A stretch of 64,000 nucleotides of DNA from NCBI RefSeq assembly GCF_009914755.1, contig NC_060925.1. The stretch is one strand, 5' to 3'. Within the stretch, counting starts at the first letter, position 1, and the number at the start of each line of letters is the position of its first letter. This document shows, in pieces, positions 1 through 15,050 of the stretch. Source of the DNA: the human T2T-CHM13v2.0 reference genome, Homo sapiens. The notes under the pieces are model-generated. The model did not search any database. It worked only from the letters and a program-made list of their open reading frames with translations, and was not told the origin of the DNA. A program made the translations under genes and the position numbers.

Positions 1-344
1 CTAATTTTAGAAACTTTCAAGTACTGTAATAGCTTTCAGTCTATTGAGTCCCTGGGAATTTGCCTTTGGGGCCAATTGCTTTCTGCCTCCATTATGAAGA
101 AATATTAAATGCTATCAGGAAGAGCAAAAGCCACCCTTGGTAGAGAGACAAATTTCAATTTATGAAAGGCAAAGTATTTTAGGTTATGTAATATGCTCTC
201 CAGTGCAAACAAGGAGTTGAGGATACTAGCTTTCAAGGAAAGTACAAAATACACAATGGTGTTGAACAGGACAGGTCACTGGTTAGCAGAAGTAGTGGCA
301 GCAACATCAGTAGAGGGGTAGTGTGGTAATTAGATAGTGCTATC

Positions 345-590
345 TAAGCTTTACTGAATGCTTATTAAGTTCTTATGACAGATCCATGGGCTTTATATGT
401 ATTAGGCATTTTAATCCTTACAAAAATTATTTTAGATATTATCATTATCTCTGGTCTACAGCCAGGGAATATAAAACAAAGAGAAGTTCAGTCATTTGTC
501 CAAGGTCACAGAGCTGAGAAGCTGAGATCTGAAGCCACATTGTGACCACCACCTCCAGATTCAAGCTCTAACTACTTGGCATGCCTACTG
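345..590 (-). mobile_element. MIR SINE
   Basis: Antisense MIR core 'gagaagttcagtcatttgtccaaggtcacagagct'; boundaries approximate. Confidence 0.75.
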
Positions 591-1094
591 CCTAGGGGCT
601 GTGCAGGGAGCTTTTCATATTCCACATTGCTGAGAACTGATGAAACTAAATATGGGGGAGGGAAGATTGTCTTTTTGCTTTATCTATGCCTCAAGAACCA
701 CAGAGATGAAACATGTACAAAAATGGGAAATTCTAGAAGCTTTTTTTTTTAATGAAGGATATTACCGTTCATAAGAACAAAGCTATCACAGGAATCATTT
801 TCAATGGATTCAGTTACCTGATGAAGGTACTGAAGGGAAATGCAGAATCCAAATTATCTAACAGATAATTCACAAAATATGATTGACAGTGGACTCACTT
901 TCTGGAAGTTAGAGCAGGCTGGTGCTAAACTGAATCATAATGGAATGATATATTCCCTCAGGTGAAATACAGTCTAAATCTTCATGCTGTTCGTGCAGCA
1001 CATAGCATTAATAGAACATAGTAATGTGGACATACTTTCTAAAGCAGCAATACAAATGTATATTGGCAAATTGTCTCTTTAATATATTGTTTAA

Positions 1095-1290
1095 CTTCTC
1101 CATAGCACTCAACACAATGTGTATAATTAACTGAGCAATTATTTATTTAGTGCCTGCTTCCAGCATTGGAATACAAGCTCTGCATGGTCAGCAACTACAC
1201 ATTTTTCTTATTATATTTTGCCTTCCCAGTGTCTAGTGGTGTGCCTCACACACAGAGGGAACTCGGTAACATTTGTTGACTGAATAAATG
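1095..1290 (+). mobile_element. L2 3' end
   Basis: Ends in typical L2 tail 'catttgttgactgaataaatg'. Confidence 0.7.
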
Positions 1291-1348
1291 TAAGGTATTT
1301 TCTACATAATGCAGACTTGTTAATTTATTCTGCTATTAATAATTTATT

Positions 1349-1671
<323 letters not shown>

Positions 1672-2034
1672 CTACACTGGGCACTGGACAGCTAACAGTG
1701 AGCCAGGCAGGAAGGGCCATGCTCTGGGGGTACTTACATTACAGTAAGAGAGAGACACAACCTTGAGCAATGCATAAATAAAATCATTCTAGATATTGTT
1801 AAGTACTATGTGAAAATCAAAGAGTCTGGTGAGTGAGAGGGACTACTTGGTGAGCGGGGTTTGGGCATCCAATGTTAAACTAAGTGGGCTTAGAGGATCT
1901 CTCTGAGTGATCATAAGACATCCATGATGTCTTCAAAGGAATCAAAGGAAAGGGTTTTGTACGCGTAAGAAATGGTAAGAGGAGAGGTACTGAGGCTAGA
2001 ATGAGCTTGGCATGTTTTAAGAAAAAACAAGGTT

Positions 2035-2280
2035 CCAGCCTCAGCAACATAAAAAGACCCCATCTCTACCAGAAATTAAAAAAAAAAAAAAAAAATTAGC
2101 CAGGCGGGGTGGTACGTGCCTGTAGTTCCAGATGCTCAGGAGGCTGAGGCAGGAAGATCACTTGAGCCCAGAAGTTCCAGTCTGCAGTTAGCTATGATTA
2201 TGTCATTGTACTCCAGCCTGGGTGGCAGAATGAGACCCTGTCTCAAACAAATACAAAAGAAAAGAAGAAAAAAAAAAAGA
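2035..2280 (+). mobile_element. 5'-truncated AluJ
   Basis: Starts mid left arm (ccagcctcagcaacat); J-type 'gctatgattatgtcattg'; aaggttc repeated on both flanks. Confidence 0.9.
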
Positions 2281-2354
2281 AGGTTCATGTGGAGTGTGGT
2301 GGCAGGGAGTGGGGAGGGAAACTGGAGGAGAAACTTGGGAAGTGAGCAGAGATT

Positions 2355-2411
2355 CTGTAATAAGATCCTGTAATAAGATCCTATAATAAGAAAGATTCAT
2401 AATAAGAAATT
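2355..2411. repeat. 13-bp tandem repeat (ctgtaataagatc)x2 plus degenerate copies
   Basis: Read directly from sequence. Confidence 0.85.
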
Positions 2412-5406
2412 CGTTTTAATTCTAACTGCAGTAGGAAGTTGGTGAGTGATCTTAAGTAGGGGAATAATGTGATGTGATTTGCATTTTTAAAAGATGACTT
2501 TGGCTGCTGTGTGGAGAATGGCTTGAGGAAGAAGAATGAAAGCCAGGAGACCCACTGCTGCCCAGGGTGCGTGGTATATGTACTCCAGGGGAAAGATGCT
2601 GGTGGCTTAGCCTAGCGTGATGAAAAGGGAGATGAGAATGAGCCTGGTTTTGAGATTCTTCTAGTGACAGAACCAATAGGACTTGATGATGGGTGAAGCG
2701 AGGGAAAGAGAGACAGATGGAGGAGAGCCTAGGTTTGTATTTTTACAACTGCATGAGAGGAGGAGCCGGCAGTTGAGAAGGAGAAGTATGGAGGAAAAAC
2801 AGGTGGAGAGAATGGGAATCAAGAATTGGGTTTTGTGGAACTTAAATTTGAAACACATATTAGATAACCAAGTAGAAATGTCTAGTGTGTAGGAGAATAT
2901 AGAAATACTGAAGTAACTAGCATCTAGATGGCATTTGAAGCTACAGGATTATACTACCTGTGACAGGAAATATGTGATTTATTAATTTAGTGCAAGTGTA
3001 GGCTAGCTGGCTCGTTTTGAATTAAGATGAGAGGAAATAGCTTTACCTTGTGGAACCACTGGAGAGAAACGTGTATCAGCTCTATGAGCATGACTACTGG
3101 GCATCAGCCATGTTGAGTGCTGGACTTCAGAAAATGAAGATCGGGACAGCAGAGGACCAAGAAGCCAGTGATGTTCACTAAGCAGGCACCAGCCTTCCCT
3201 CCCTTTCAACGTTTGGATGTTGTAGTTACATAAATTCCTGGCCACATAGACTCAACCATAGAGTTCTGAAGAGGATGCCGATGGATAGAGTTTTGAATTG
3301 GATTGGGAATCCAAATCAAAAGTACAAGAAATCTGCTTGTGAATTGAATTTACCTGACAGTGTCAACATTAAGTTGTCTGCTAGGAAAGAGTTTGGAACT
3401 CATATTCAGTTTGTAGAAATACATACAATTATAGCTTGTGCCTATCCAAAGCTTTACTGTTGCAATGGTATTATGCAGTGAGGGAGGACACAGAGGTAGA
3501 GACAAGACGCACAGTACACAGCCCCAGGCCACTGGGTTCACTTCATCATTAGTTTTTGTTGGAGAAAGAGACTGAGATGCCGGTGAAACAGGGAGGAGGA
3601 GAGCCAGGAGAGCACGGGATGAAAGAAGCCCATCAAAGAACGTGTTTCAGCTGAAAGATGCTGCTGAAGAGGCAGGCAAGATGCAGGCAGAGCAATGGAG
3701 ATCAGCGAGGGCCCAGGGAGGCGCAGGGACTGGAGCTGAGGGCACAGACACCCTTAGGATAAGTTGAAAAGCAAAGGACAAGTCGAGACACAAAATAATC
3801 AGCAACAATATTCTTATGCTTGAGAGGATCACCATCTGGGTAGTGAGGCAGGATGAGCTACATCATAATGACATAAATCATAAAACCGATGCGACGATGA
3901 CTACCAAGGCCACCTGTTGACACAGAAGACCCAAAGGGAATGCGAACTGGGGCAGCCAGAAAGGGCTTCAAAAGATACTGTGTTCCTATTTCGAAGAAAC
4001 TAAGAATAAGATGAATGGTGAGAGGAAGAAAGGATGTTCCAGCCAAGAGATTGGACCAACGTGGGCAGGCGGGAGAAATCAATACGATTGAAGAGGCGAA
4101 AATCAAAGGGACAAAGAGATTTCTGGAGGCTGGCTCGGTAGGGTTGTAGGTTGAGGCTGTTGATGTAAAAAAGAAAAACAAAACAAAACAAAAACAGAAA
4201 CTAGAGGAAGTCACTCTATAAAGCAGAACAAATCCAAGAATTTCCTGACACAAAATTACCATGGGGGGAGGGGGAGGGAAGTAGCCATCTAGCAAAATAC
4301 ATTACACCCACTTTCTTTTAGCTTCAGGCACAGCCACCAATACTTATTTTCAGCACCCTTTTATAAAAATTTAAAACCCCATGTAATTATATTCATTCAT
4401 TTTAAACATAACCCCTCGAAATCTAGCTTTGTATTTAAAAAGAAAATCTGACGTGGGGTTTGGAATCATGGTTATAGATGAATTTGGTGACAAGTCAAAC
4501 ATTTTGGAAATGAGTTTCCACACACCTGCTAAAGAACCTTTTGTTGCCCTTTGAGCAGAATATTCTGGGTGTAGTGACATGTGCAAAATAAGAAATTTAA
4601 TATTTTTAAGCCTTCAAGATGAATGTTACAACATCTGAACAAGAATAAATGCCATGCTTATTCAATTACCTTGCATCCCAGGGTCTTATTTACCATCAGC
4701 TTTCTCAGCATGCCGATCTATTTACTGCTAAATTGAATAATTCCGCCTAAAGGAGATAACATACTCTTACTGACAGCTTGTCCCTAAACTCCCAGATTTC
4801 ACAACATCAGTACACAAATATACAATATAGAAATGGTTGCTTATGTGCATTAGATCTGATGTAAACAACAGCTGCCAAAAAGACTGAATTAGCCTGATCT
4901 TATTTCATTTCTCTTCTTATTTCATTTCTTTTCAGTGATATTTGCCTTTTTAAAAATAATCAGTTGTGGCAATACGTGAAGCGGAGAGGCACAGATAACA
5001 GGCACCTCCATTACACCAATGACGGTTCTGCAGTTTTTCCTAAAGTCTTTCTAGAATGACGCACAACACATTATAGCTTCCGTGTTTGCTCAAGATTATT
5101 TGATTAAACTATTACACTGAGAGTAAAGATTACTCTTTTTAGGTTGTCACTTTCTCACTGATGCTTGGCAATTTACTTAAGGGAATAAGCTAGGTGTAGG
5201 TTTGCACCCCTTGCTCTATCAAGACAATGGCAAATATTGATTGGTAGTAAGTAAGGCTTAGACGTGGTTTCCTTTTTCTTTTACATCAGCCGTGGGCTGT
5301 TGAGATACAATAGGTGCAGCCAAAACTGACTGATAAATATGGATTTCTACCCTCCCACAGGGCTTGGAATAATGATTGAGTTGCTTTGTTTTTTCCAGAA
5401 CTTATA

Positions 5407-5408
<2 letters not shown>

Positions 5409-5464
<56 letters not shown>

Positions 5465-5568
5465 ATACACACACACACTATATACACATATATTTATAAA
5501 ATATATAAATATATATGTGCAATATATATACACATATACAAACATATATGCATGGTATGTATATAGAT

Positions 5569-5611
<43 letters not shown>
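5409..5611. repeat. Compound (AT)n/(AC)n microsatellite
   Basis: (AT) run 5409-5455, (AC)20 at 5571-5610, degenerate purine-pyrimidine alternation between. Confidence 0.95.
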
Positions 5612-5612
<1 letters not shown>

Positions 5613-5940
5613 CCTTCTTTGACGGCTCCACTTCCCATCCAATTGCTCAATCCCAAATCTGGAATTGCCTTGACCTATCTCTCTTTTCCTCTGTTACTCA
5701 AAGAAATCTTAAAACTTGGCTCATTCTCATCTCTCCTGTCGACCATTCTAGTCTCAGCCACTATCATCTCTCCCCTGGACTATACCACTGCAATCTGGGA
5801 ACCAGTGGGTTTCCTGGCTTCCATTCTTCCTCCTCAAGCTTTTCTCTGTATAGCAGCTGAAGTAATCATTTAAAAATACTCCTCTTAAAAAAATCCTCCC
5901 CACATGGTATTACACATGGAAACTGACAGTCCAAGGCTGT
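5612..5940 (+). mobile_element. L2 fragment
   Basis: 'gtctcagccactatcatctctcccctggactataccactgcaat' L2-type motif. Confidence 0.6.
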
Positions 5941-6051
5941 GATCAGGCGATGGTAGGCTCAACTGGGCCAGTCCAAGTGACATCCCTTTGAAAGGAGCAT
6001 AGGGAGTGCCCTGCCCCAAAACACCCCCCAACACAAAACATTCAGCAACTT

Positions 6052-8110
6052 CTTTTAAAAATTATTTGTATAAATTTAGGGAGTACAAGTGCAGTTTTGT
6101 TACATGGATATATTGCATAGTGGTGAAGCCCCGGCTTTTAGTAGAACCATCACTCAAATTAGGTACATTGTACTCATTAAGTAATTTCTCATCCTTCACT
6201 CCCCTTCCTGCTTCCTCCCACCCTTCCGAGTCTTCAATGTCTATGAATTCTATAGTCTTGTCTTCACACTGTTTTGCTCCTACTTACAAGTGAGAACATG
6301 TGGCATTTGACTTCCTATTTCTGAGTTATTTCACTTAAGACAATGGCCTCCAGTTCCATCTGTGCTGCTGTAAAAGACATTATTTTATTATATATTTTTA
6401 TGGACCAGTAGTATTCTGTTGTATATATTATAGTATACCATATTTTCTTTCTCCAGTCATTCCTTGATAGATGCTTAGGTTGATTACATATCTTTGCTGT
6501 TGTGAATTGTGCTGTGATAAACATACAAGTGCAGGTATCGTTTTTATATAGTGATTTCTTTTCCTTTGGGTAGATGCTCAGTATTGGGATTGCTGGATCA
6601 AATGGTAGTTTTATTTTTTAGTACTTTGAAAAATCTCCATACTGTTTTCCATAGAAGTACTAATTTGCATTTCCACCCACATTGTATAAACGTTCCTTTT
6701 TCTCCACATCCTCGCCAACATCTCTTATTTTTTTGACTTTTTATAATAGCCATTCAGACTGGTGTAAGATGATATCTTATTGTGGTTTTCATTTGCATTT
6801 ATCTGATAATTGGTGATGTCTAGCATTTTTTCACATGCTTGTTGGCCATTTTTATGTCTTCTTTTGAAAAATGTCTGTTTGTGCCCTCTGCCCACTTTTT
6901 AATGGGGTTATTTGTTTTCTTTGTCATCGTTGATTATTTAAGTTCCTCGTAGATTCTAGATATTAGTGCTTTGTCACATAGTTTGCAAATACTTTCTTCT
7001 ATTCTTCAGGCTGTCTGTTCACTCTGTTGATTATCTCTTTTTCTATGCAGAAGTTTCTTAGTTTAAATGAATCTCATTTGTCCAAAATAGTTTTTGTTAC
7101 TTGTGCTTTTGAGGTCTCAGTCATGAATTCTTTGCCTACGGCAATATCCAGAAGAGTTTTCCCCAGGTTTACTTCTAGTATTTCTATAGTTTCAGGTCTT
7201 ACATTTAAGTCTTTAATCTATCTTGAAGTGACTTTTGTATATGGTGAAAGATAGAGATCCAGTTTCATCCTCTTGCATTTGGCAACCAAATTTTCTAGCA
7301 CCATTTATTGAATAGGGTGTCCTTTCTCCAGTGCATAAGTTTGTCAACTTAGTCTAAGATCAGTTGACTGCATGTATGTAGCTTTATTTCTGGGTTCTCT
7401 ACTCTGTTCCATTGACCTATGTGTCTATTTTTATACCAGTACCGTGCTGTTTTGATTATTGTATCCTTGCAGTATAATTTGAAATCAGGTAACAGTGATG
7501 CCTCCAGCTTTGTTCTTTTTGCTTAGGATTAAATTTGGCTATTTGGGTTCTTTTTTGGTTCCATATGAATTTTAGAATTGTTTTTTCTAATTCTGTGGAA
7601 AATAATGTTGGGATTTTGATAGGAATTGCATTGAATCTGTAGATTGCTTTGTTAAGTATGGTCATTTAAACAATATTGATTCTTCCGATCTATGAGCATG
7701 GGATAGTTTTTCATTTGTTTGTGTCATTTACTTGTGTCAATTTCTTTCATCAGTGTTTTGTAATTTCCCTCTCAGAGATCTTTCACGTCCTTGGTTACAT
7801 ATATTCCTATTTATTTTATTTTGTAGTTATTGTAAATCAGATTGACTTCTTCATGGGTTCTCAACTTCATCATTATTTGTGTATACAAATGCTACTGATT
7901 TTTGCATGTTGATTTTGTGTTCTGCAACTTTACTTAATTCATTGATACAATCAAATAGTCTTTTGGAGGAGTCTTTAGGATTTTATAGGTATAAGATCAT
8001 ATTGTCAGCAAGCAGAGATAATTTGATTTCCTCTTTTCCAATTTGGATGCGTTTTATTTTTTTTTCTCTTGACTGATTGCTCTGGCTAGGACTTGCAGTA
8101 TTGTATTGAT
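6052..8110 (-). mobile_element. L1 3' portion (L1PB4-like): ORF2 C-terminus remnant plus 3' UTR, 5'-truncated
   Basis: ORF 7456-7665 ([13 protein letters not shown]...LKFIWNQKR) and ORF 6315-6524 ([11 protein letters not shown]...MELEAIVLSEITQ) are L1 ORF2p motifs; disrupted by stops and frameshifts. Confidence 0.93.
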
Positions 8111-8149
8111 GAATTCTTCTTATGGAAAAGTGGAAGTTCTGCTATATCA

Positions 8150-8497
<348 letters not shown>

Positions 8498-10689
8498 CTA
8501 TTATATATTCATGATGAAATTCTCATTGGTCCAAAATGAAATGAAAAATATAAAAATGATATATTAAAATTTTTATACAATTCATTATGAGTTTTTATAT
8601 TTTATATAAAAATGATATTTTGAAAATTTTTATGAGGCTAAATAGGGTTAATTTTTAAATATTTATTTTTTACTGCCCTTTACTATTCTTTTTTAGTTTT
8701 GGTGATAAAATGTCCTTTCATTTAATATGTTATGGTGATATCAGTTTACAGTTATCTTTTTATGTCTTTACTTGGCAAAGTTAGGTTAACAACTTTATGA
8801 CGGTTTCCTAATATATTGTTTAAATTTATTTGTTCACAATATCCAAACCTTTGGGAATCCTTAATCTAGAGCACATTTTACCAAAGTGCCACCTAAATTG
8901 CAGTTGGAATTGCTTGCAAGAAAGAAGGGTGGGAGAAGTTTACTGTCGAATATACTCAGGATGCTGAGATAAGAAACTTAAAAAAAAAAGGAACCTTACC
9001 ACAGAACTTCTAACAGCCTTAAACATGCTGATGTAGATGGTGAATCCCCAAAATGAAGATACAGTATACAGCATATCCCACAATTATTTGACCAAGGAAC
9101 TCTTGCACGAAGAAGCATCTTAGAGACTTGTCCTGGAAAGTGTTAATCTAGAGACTCACAAAATACTTCATCAAATATTGAATATTGGCTGGCAAATAGA
9201 AATGCATAATGACACTTCTATAGAAAGAGGAATCCAAGGGACATAAAAGAAATTAAGATGAGAATTCAGAGATTTGTGCCATGTCATCCTCGACTACAGC
9301 CTTAGTATTTTCAACTTACTGGTTTCTTAGCTTGGTCTGCATATTTGTGAAAGAATAAGCCCCATTCATATGCTTATATTTTCCCAAATGACTTTGAAAT
9401 GTCAAGCCATTGTATGAATTTGAAACGGCATCTTTAGACCTTTACTGAAGTTATGTTACTGTTGCCGGAGTAACTAACAAGTATCACAGGGCAGGGGAAG
9501 GCAGAAAAATATCCTTTCATTTATCAAGCACTGAATAAAGCAAGAGGCTTAGAAATGTGCGATGGAACACGATGTTACAAAGCTATTGTTCCTGTACCTG
9601 TAAATAAAAGGTAACAAGGTCCATTTGATGACAAAGAGTCATGAGACAGCTACACAGCTCCTCTTCAAAAGGAAACAATAAAAACTTTTAAAAATACCAA
9701 ATAACATTACACTTCTTGCTCTAAAAGTATGCTGGTTATATAACAGAATGCAAGTAGATTTATAATTAGCACTTGTTTATAGATGTCTTATACTGTGTCA
9801 TGCATGGAGGGGCAAAAGAGGTTCTGATGGCTATTCATTCAGATAGAAGTTATCGAGGCCATAGGAAGTGAGAGCGCCATCATACTAATGTTAAATAGAC
9901 TGAACAATGGGAAATTTACAACCAGCACAAGGATGAATCAGTTGATGAATATCACATTGTTGATAGAAAACGATTTTGAGAGAGTGGAGCAAAACTTATT
10001 TAGGAAGTTAGAGGCATCTCTCCTATTCTCTTCTTCCAACCCTCCACTTCTTCTCATATTTAAGATTAATAGATAATTAGGGTAGAATGGATGCTCTTTA
10101 AAAGAGAAAGCACTGAACAGGAGAGATTGTGAAGGTTTTTTCATGCTGTGGACTCAGGATGCAAGAGGGGCTGTAACTCTCAGGATACAATGAGAAGAGG
10201 CATCATCCTTTCTGGGGTAACATTTGGCAGTATAGAGCTAGAATAGCAACATTAAGGGTAGCAAGATTAACAGCAAGAATACAGGGATCAGAAAGTCTGA
10301 AGCTCGAAAATGCTCTGAAATCAAGTGAAGTGATGTAAAGGGAATATCTAAGTTCATTTCTATAATTTCTAGGCCAGATAGTTTGTTAAAATATGGAAGA
10401 ATGCAGGGATGCAAAATTTCTCCAGGTATATAAACAGCATAAGGAAGTAAAAAAAAAATATAGTACTCTGAGATAATTTCAAGGAAACATCTATAGGAAT
10501 TCGGAGAAGGGAACATCATTTCTGGTTGGGATAATTATGAAACATTTCGGAACTGGGATATAGCTCAAAATACACTCAAAATAATTATGTGGTGGGCTTT
10601 CTCGATGACATCTCTCAGAGTGGCTGAGAATTCTAAGGTGTGTCAAAATTCTGTACTAAAATTTATGGCCAAATCAACTTATTTGATCA

Positions 10690-10845
10690 CCAATACTGCC
10701 ATTGCCATCAGCATCACCATTACCACCCCAACACTGCTATCACCATCATTACTACCACCACTTCCACCCTTATCAGCACCACTATCACCATTATCTCCAG
10801 CACCACCACCTCCATCACCATGACCATCATTATCATCATCATTAC
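10690..10845. repeat. Degenerate (CAC/CAT)n trinucleotide low-complexity tract
   Basis: caccatcattactaccaccac...; runs into an antisense MIR tail at about 10845-10915. Confidence 0.9.
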
Positions 10846-11790
10846 AGCTAACAGTTATCGAATGCTTACTGTATGCTTAACACCATTCTAACCCCTTTAC
10901 ATGAATAAGCAAATGTAAGCTTTCTTCAAAATTCCAGGTGAAATGCTATTTTCTCTGGATATGCCCCACTTCGTTGAATTATCTTCCCTTCAATGAAATT
11001 TTCTCTTTCTCTGTAAAGTTCTTTAATGGAAAAATCACTTTCCACATTATACTATAGATGTAAGTTACTTATTTCCCTTCTTTAAGGACAGATTATGCCT
11101 GATTCCACTTCAAGCCTCTCAAAGTACCCAGCCCACTCCTTACTACTAATTGCTCAATAAACTTATTTGTGTTAAGGAACAAATAAAAAGATAATTCCTA
11201 CGGATACAATATTTTTAAGATTGACTCTCATTTTGGAATACAAACATGACATTGTATACAAAGCAAGAGTTTAGTTACCTTCATCCATGTCAAACTATGT
11301 CTTTAAAATTCACAGAAAATAAAAGAAAGACAAGTTACACATAAACCTTATGTCAGTTGTGATGCAAAAATATCAGATGATCATTTACACATTGAAAGAA
11401 ACACAAGTATAGAATAGTTGCATTATCAAATATTTCTACAAAATATTATTGATTTATAACAGATTTTATTCATAAGTCCTGCCACTGCTGGTATAAAGGC
11501 AAAGAAATATCATGTAGGAAATATTTCGGCTGCAGTTGTTGGTTGCTTGCTGTGGTGGTGGTTGTTGGCCTTAGCTACATTTATTACATCCAAAATATAG
11601 AGCAGCGCCAAGATCTGTCTAAGTCCCATGCTTACACAATTAGCATGCTTCTCATTCTAAAAATACCTTTGTCCAGTGCTGTTTGAGAAACCAGCAGAGT
11701 TTTTCTAATAATCTTGTTAAATTACATGATAAGTAATCCATTGCTTCACCTTACAAAGGGATAGTTAGGAACAAGGATTAGATGGTTTGC

Positions 11791-12200
11791 CTAAGTATGT
11801 TGTAGTAGAGACTAGCTGAAACTATCTTCTTGGATGCATAGGCTGCATATGCCTAGCTTGCCGTGCAGTTAGATGGGGCCACATGACTGAGTACCAGCCA
11901 ATGTAAGGTGAACAGAAATGTTTAGTCCTTCTCTATAAAAAACCTCCAAGGTGTCAACCTCCAGTTATTTTTGCCTGTTGCACTCCACTAACAAGAATGG
12001 TGATTGTGGGAGCTACATACTTAAGTTGAAAGGACCCACAAGATGAAAAAAGCTTGAGCCCCTGAGTCACAACCTGGAAGAGAACTGACTAGGGACATAG
12101 GTTTAAGACTTTATATGAGTAAGAAATATGCTTCTGTCATAATAAATCATTATGATTTGAGGATTTATCTGTTAAAGTAGCTAAGGTATATTAACTAACA
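11791..12200 (+). mobile_element. Old MLT1 (ERVL-MaLR) LTR, probable 5' LTR
   Basis: 'gcagttagatggggccacatgactgag..gccaatg' and 'tgaggatttatctgtta..tagct' MLT1 motifs; subfamily uncertain. Confidence 0.7.
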
Positions 12201-12444
12201 TGGACATTATTATCTTGAAGTGGAATGTTGCTCTAATAAAAGCCTTCAATAGGCTTAGTCGTTATGGAGTACACGGCTAGGAAATACGTATCAGAAGCTG
12301 GTAAGATAGAGATGTGTTATTTGGAGACAAAACATTTGTTAAGTCTATCATCTGCAATACATGTTCCTACATGTATTGACCAACTAAATCTTCAATTAGC
12401 CTCTAACTCTGGGAGAAGTAGGTAGGGAAAGTTAGAATATCTGT

Positions 12445-13220
<776 letters not shown>

Positions 13221-13804
13221 TCAGTGTGTATTTGTTACAGTTGGCTGCTGTTGGTATGTTATTGCCATAAAAATAGATAAACGAAAAATAAAGATGTTCT
13301 TAGGAAAGAATTGGCTACTTCTCTAGCTGAGTTAGAAGTGATTGGAGATCAAGCCCCTTGTAGGGTTAGAAAATCCAGACTGTTTATATATATCAAATAG
13401 CAAATAGTATCTTGGAGTAAAAAGATATTTCAGTTGAAAGAAATGATTCAGCCCTGCAACAAAGACTCATTTAAAAACGTTACCTTCCCACTCAAGCTTG
13501 TACTTTCACAAGGCCACAACATATCCATAATTATGTTGAGAAAGAAGCACTGGGCAAAAGAAGCAATGAAAGCAGATTTGACAAGTATAGTTAATAGAAA
13601 GTTTGGGTATAATTGCTGACATAGGGAGCTGACTGAAAGAACAAACATCAGAAATTCCTAAGTTCTTGAGACAATTATGCTGTCAGAAAATCCCTGAGCC
13701 TGGATTTTGCCAAAGCAGTTGACTTCTTGAACTCTAAGACAACACTTAGGTCTGCCAATTTGTACCAGCCTGAGAAGTGGGCAATGAACGTAGGGTAGCC
13801 AGCC

Positions 13805-14095
13805 TGATCCACTCATGCCTGTGATCCTAGCACTTTGGGAAGCCAAGGTGGGAGGACTGCTTAAGACCAGCCTGGGCAATACAGCAAGAACCTGTTTCTA
13901 CAAAAATAAAAAATTAGTAGGGCATGCATTTGTAGTCCTAGCTACCCAGAAGGCTGAGGCAGGAGAATCACTTGAGCTCAGGAGTTTAAGGGTGCAGTGA
14001 GCTGTGATCGCACCATTGCACTTCAGCCTGGGAGACAGAGCAAGATCCTGTTGAAAAGAAATAGAAAGAAAAAAAAGAAAAGGAAAAGAAAAAAG
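13805..14095 (+). mobile_element. AluJ with left-arm deletion
   Basis: Diverged J-type Alu with GA-rich tail. Confidence 0.9.
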
Positions 14096-14615
14096 AATGA
14101 AAGTCAGGCAGCTCGTCAAGGAGAGAATGTACCACAATGCCCACTTCCGATGTTGTGACCACAGAGAAGGACAGACAAAAGAATACATCTGTGTGTGAAG
14201 ATCTAATCAACAGATTTCCCCCATTTCTGAAGTTGACACATTCAGGACACCTGCCCAGCAAGAATCTGTAGTTGCATTGGTCCAGGGAATGCTGTCTGCC
14301 TCCCATTCTTCATTTTTCCTAATTGGAATTTATTAGTGTGCTTAACCTTTCTCTACTGTGGGATCAAACACTGGGCATGAGGTGTGGGTTGTGAGGAGAG
14401 GGTAACTAACTGGTCCTTCTGTTCATAGATAAACCACAAGGCGCCATATCTCGTTCTGACAGATGGCTGCACATCACTGGAAGGATCTTATTCGTTGAAT
14501 CAGACACAGAAGCAGAATGGGATTTGGGGTTGTCTTTGGCACATGGGTGGTTTATAGGTGTGTTCTATGTGTGAGAAGAAAAATGAAACAGATATATGGA
14601 AACCAGAAGGTAGAT

Positions 14616-15050
14616 TTAGAAGAGATTGGTCAGTTGATCACTGAACTCATTTCTTTTTTTTTTCCCCCTTGGCATGCAGCAAGACAGAATTTCTCATGCT
14701 CCTTCACAGTTAGTTGTGATGTACAACCGAGTTTCAACACTTGGAAGTAAGTGAAATGAAATGGGCTGCTTTCTAGGCCTGGATAGGAAAATCCCCTGCC
14801 CACGATTCTCCATGCTCTTTCCCCATTTAGCTTGATGCAAACAAGCCAGAGACCTTGAAGGCTAGCTGGTGACGATGGCAGAGCCATAACATGGAAGGAT
14901 GTTTGATCTAATGAATCGCCACTTGGAGAACCGACTTGCTGTTCAGGAACACCCGCTTTGGAAATTACATGTTCAATAAATAAACCTGTGTTAAGACACT
15001 AAGATTCAGGGACTTTGCTGTTAGAGTTGATGGGATTACCTTAACCACAC
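14616..15050 (+). mobile_element. Old MLT1 LTR, probable 3' LTR
   Basis: Preceded by purine-rich 'ccagaaggtagat'; 'aataaacctgtgttaagacactaagattcaggg' MLT1 3' motif. Confidence 0.7.

Noticed and set aside
758-826. Possible 69-nt + strand exon (DITVHKNKAITGIIFNGFSYLMK)
   Set aside because: Weak donor (gtactg), unrecognised peptide, no supporting neighbouring exons
3858-4295. 145-aa hydrophobic minus-strand ORF
   Set aside because: Non-ATG start in the track; it is the antisense of purine-rich, (AAAAC)n-containing DNA, which is depleted of stops; no recognisable domain
5286-5873. ORFs up to 165 aa rich in IY, HT or CV repeats (also 53205-53720 and 62694-63137)
   Set aside because: Microsatellites lack stop codons; no coding signal
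6315-8076. ORFs with real L1 ORF2p similarity
   Set aside because: Fragmented relic of a 5'-truncated L1, not an intact CDS
10587-10891. His/Thr/Pro-rich ORFs
   Set aside because: Product of the (CAC/CAT)n low-complexity tract
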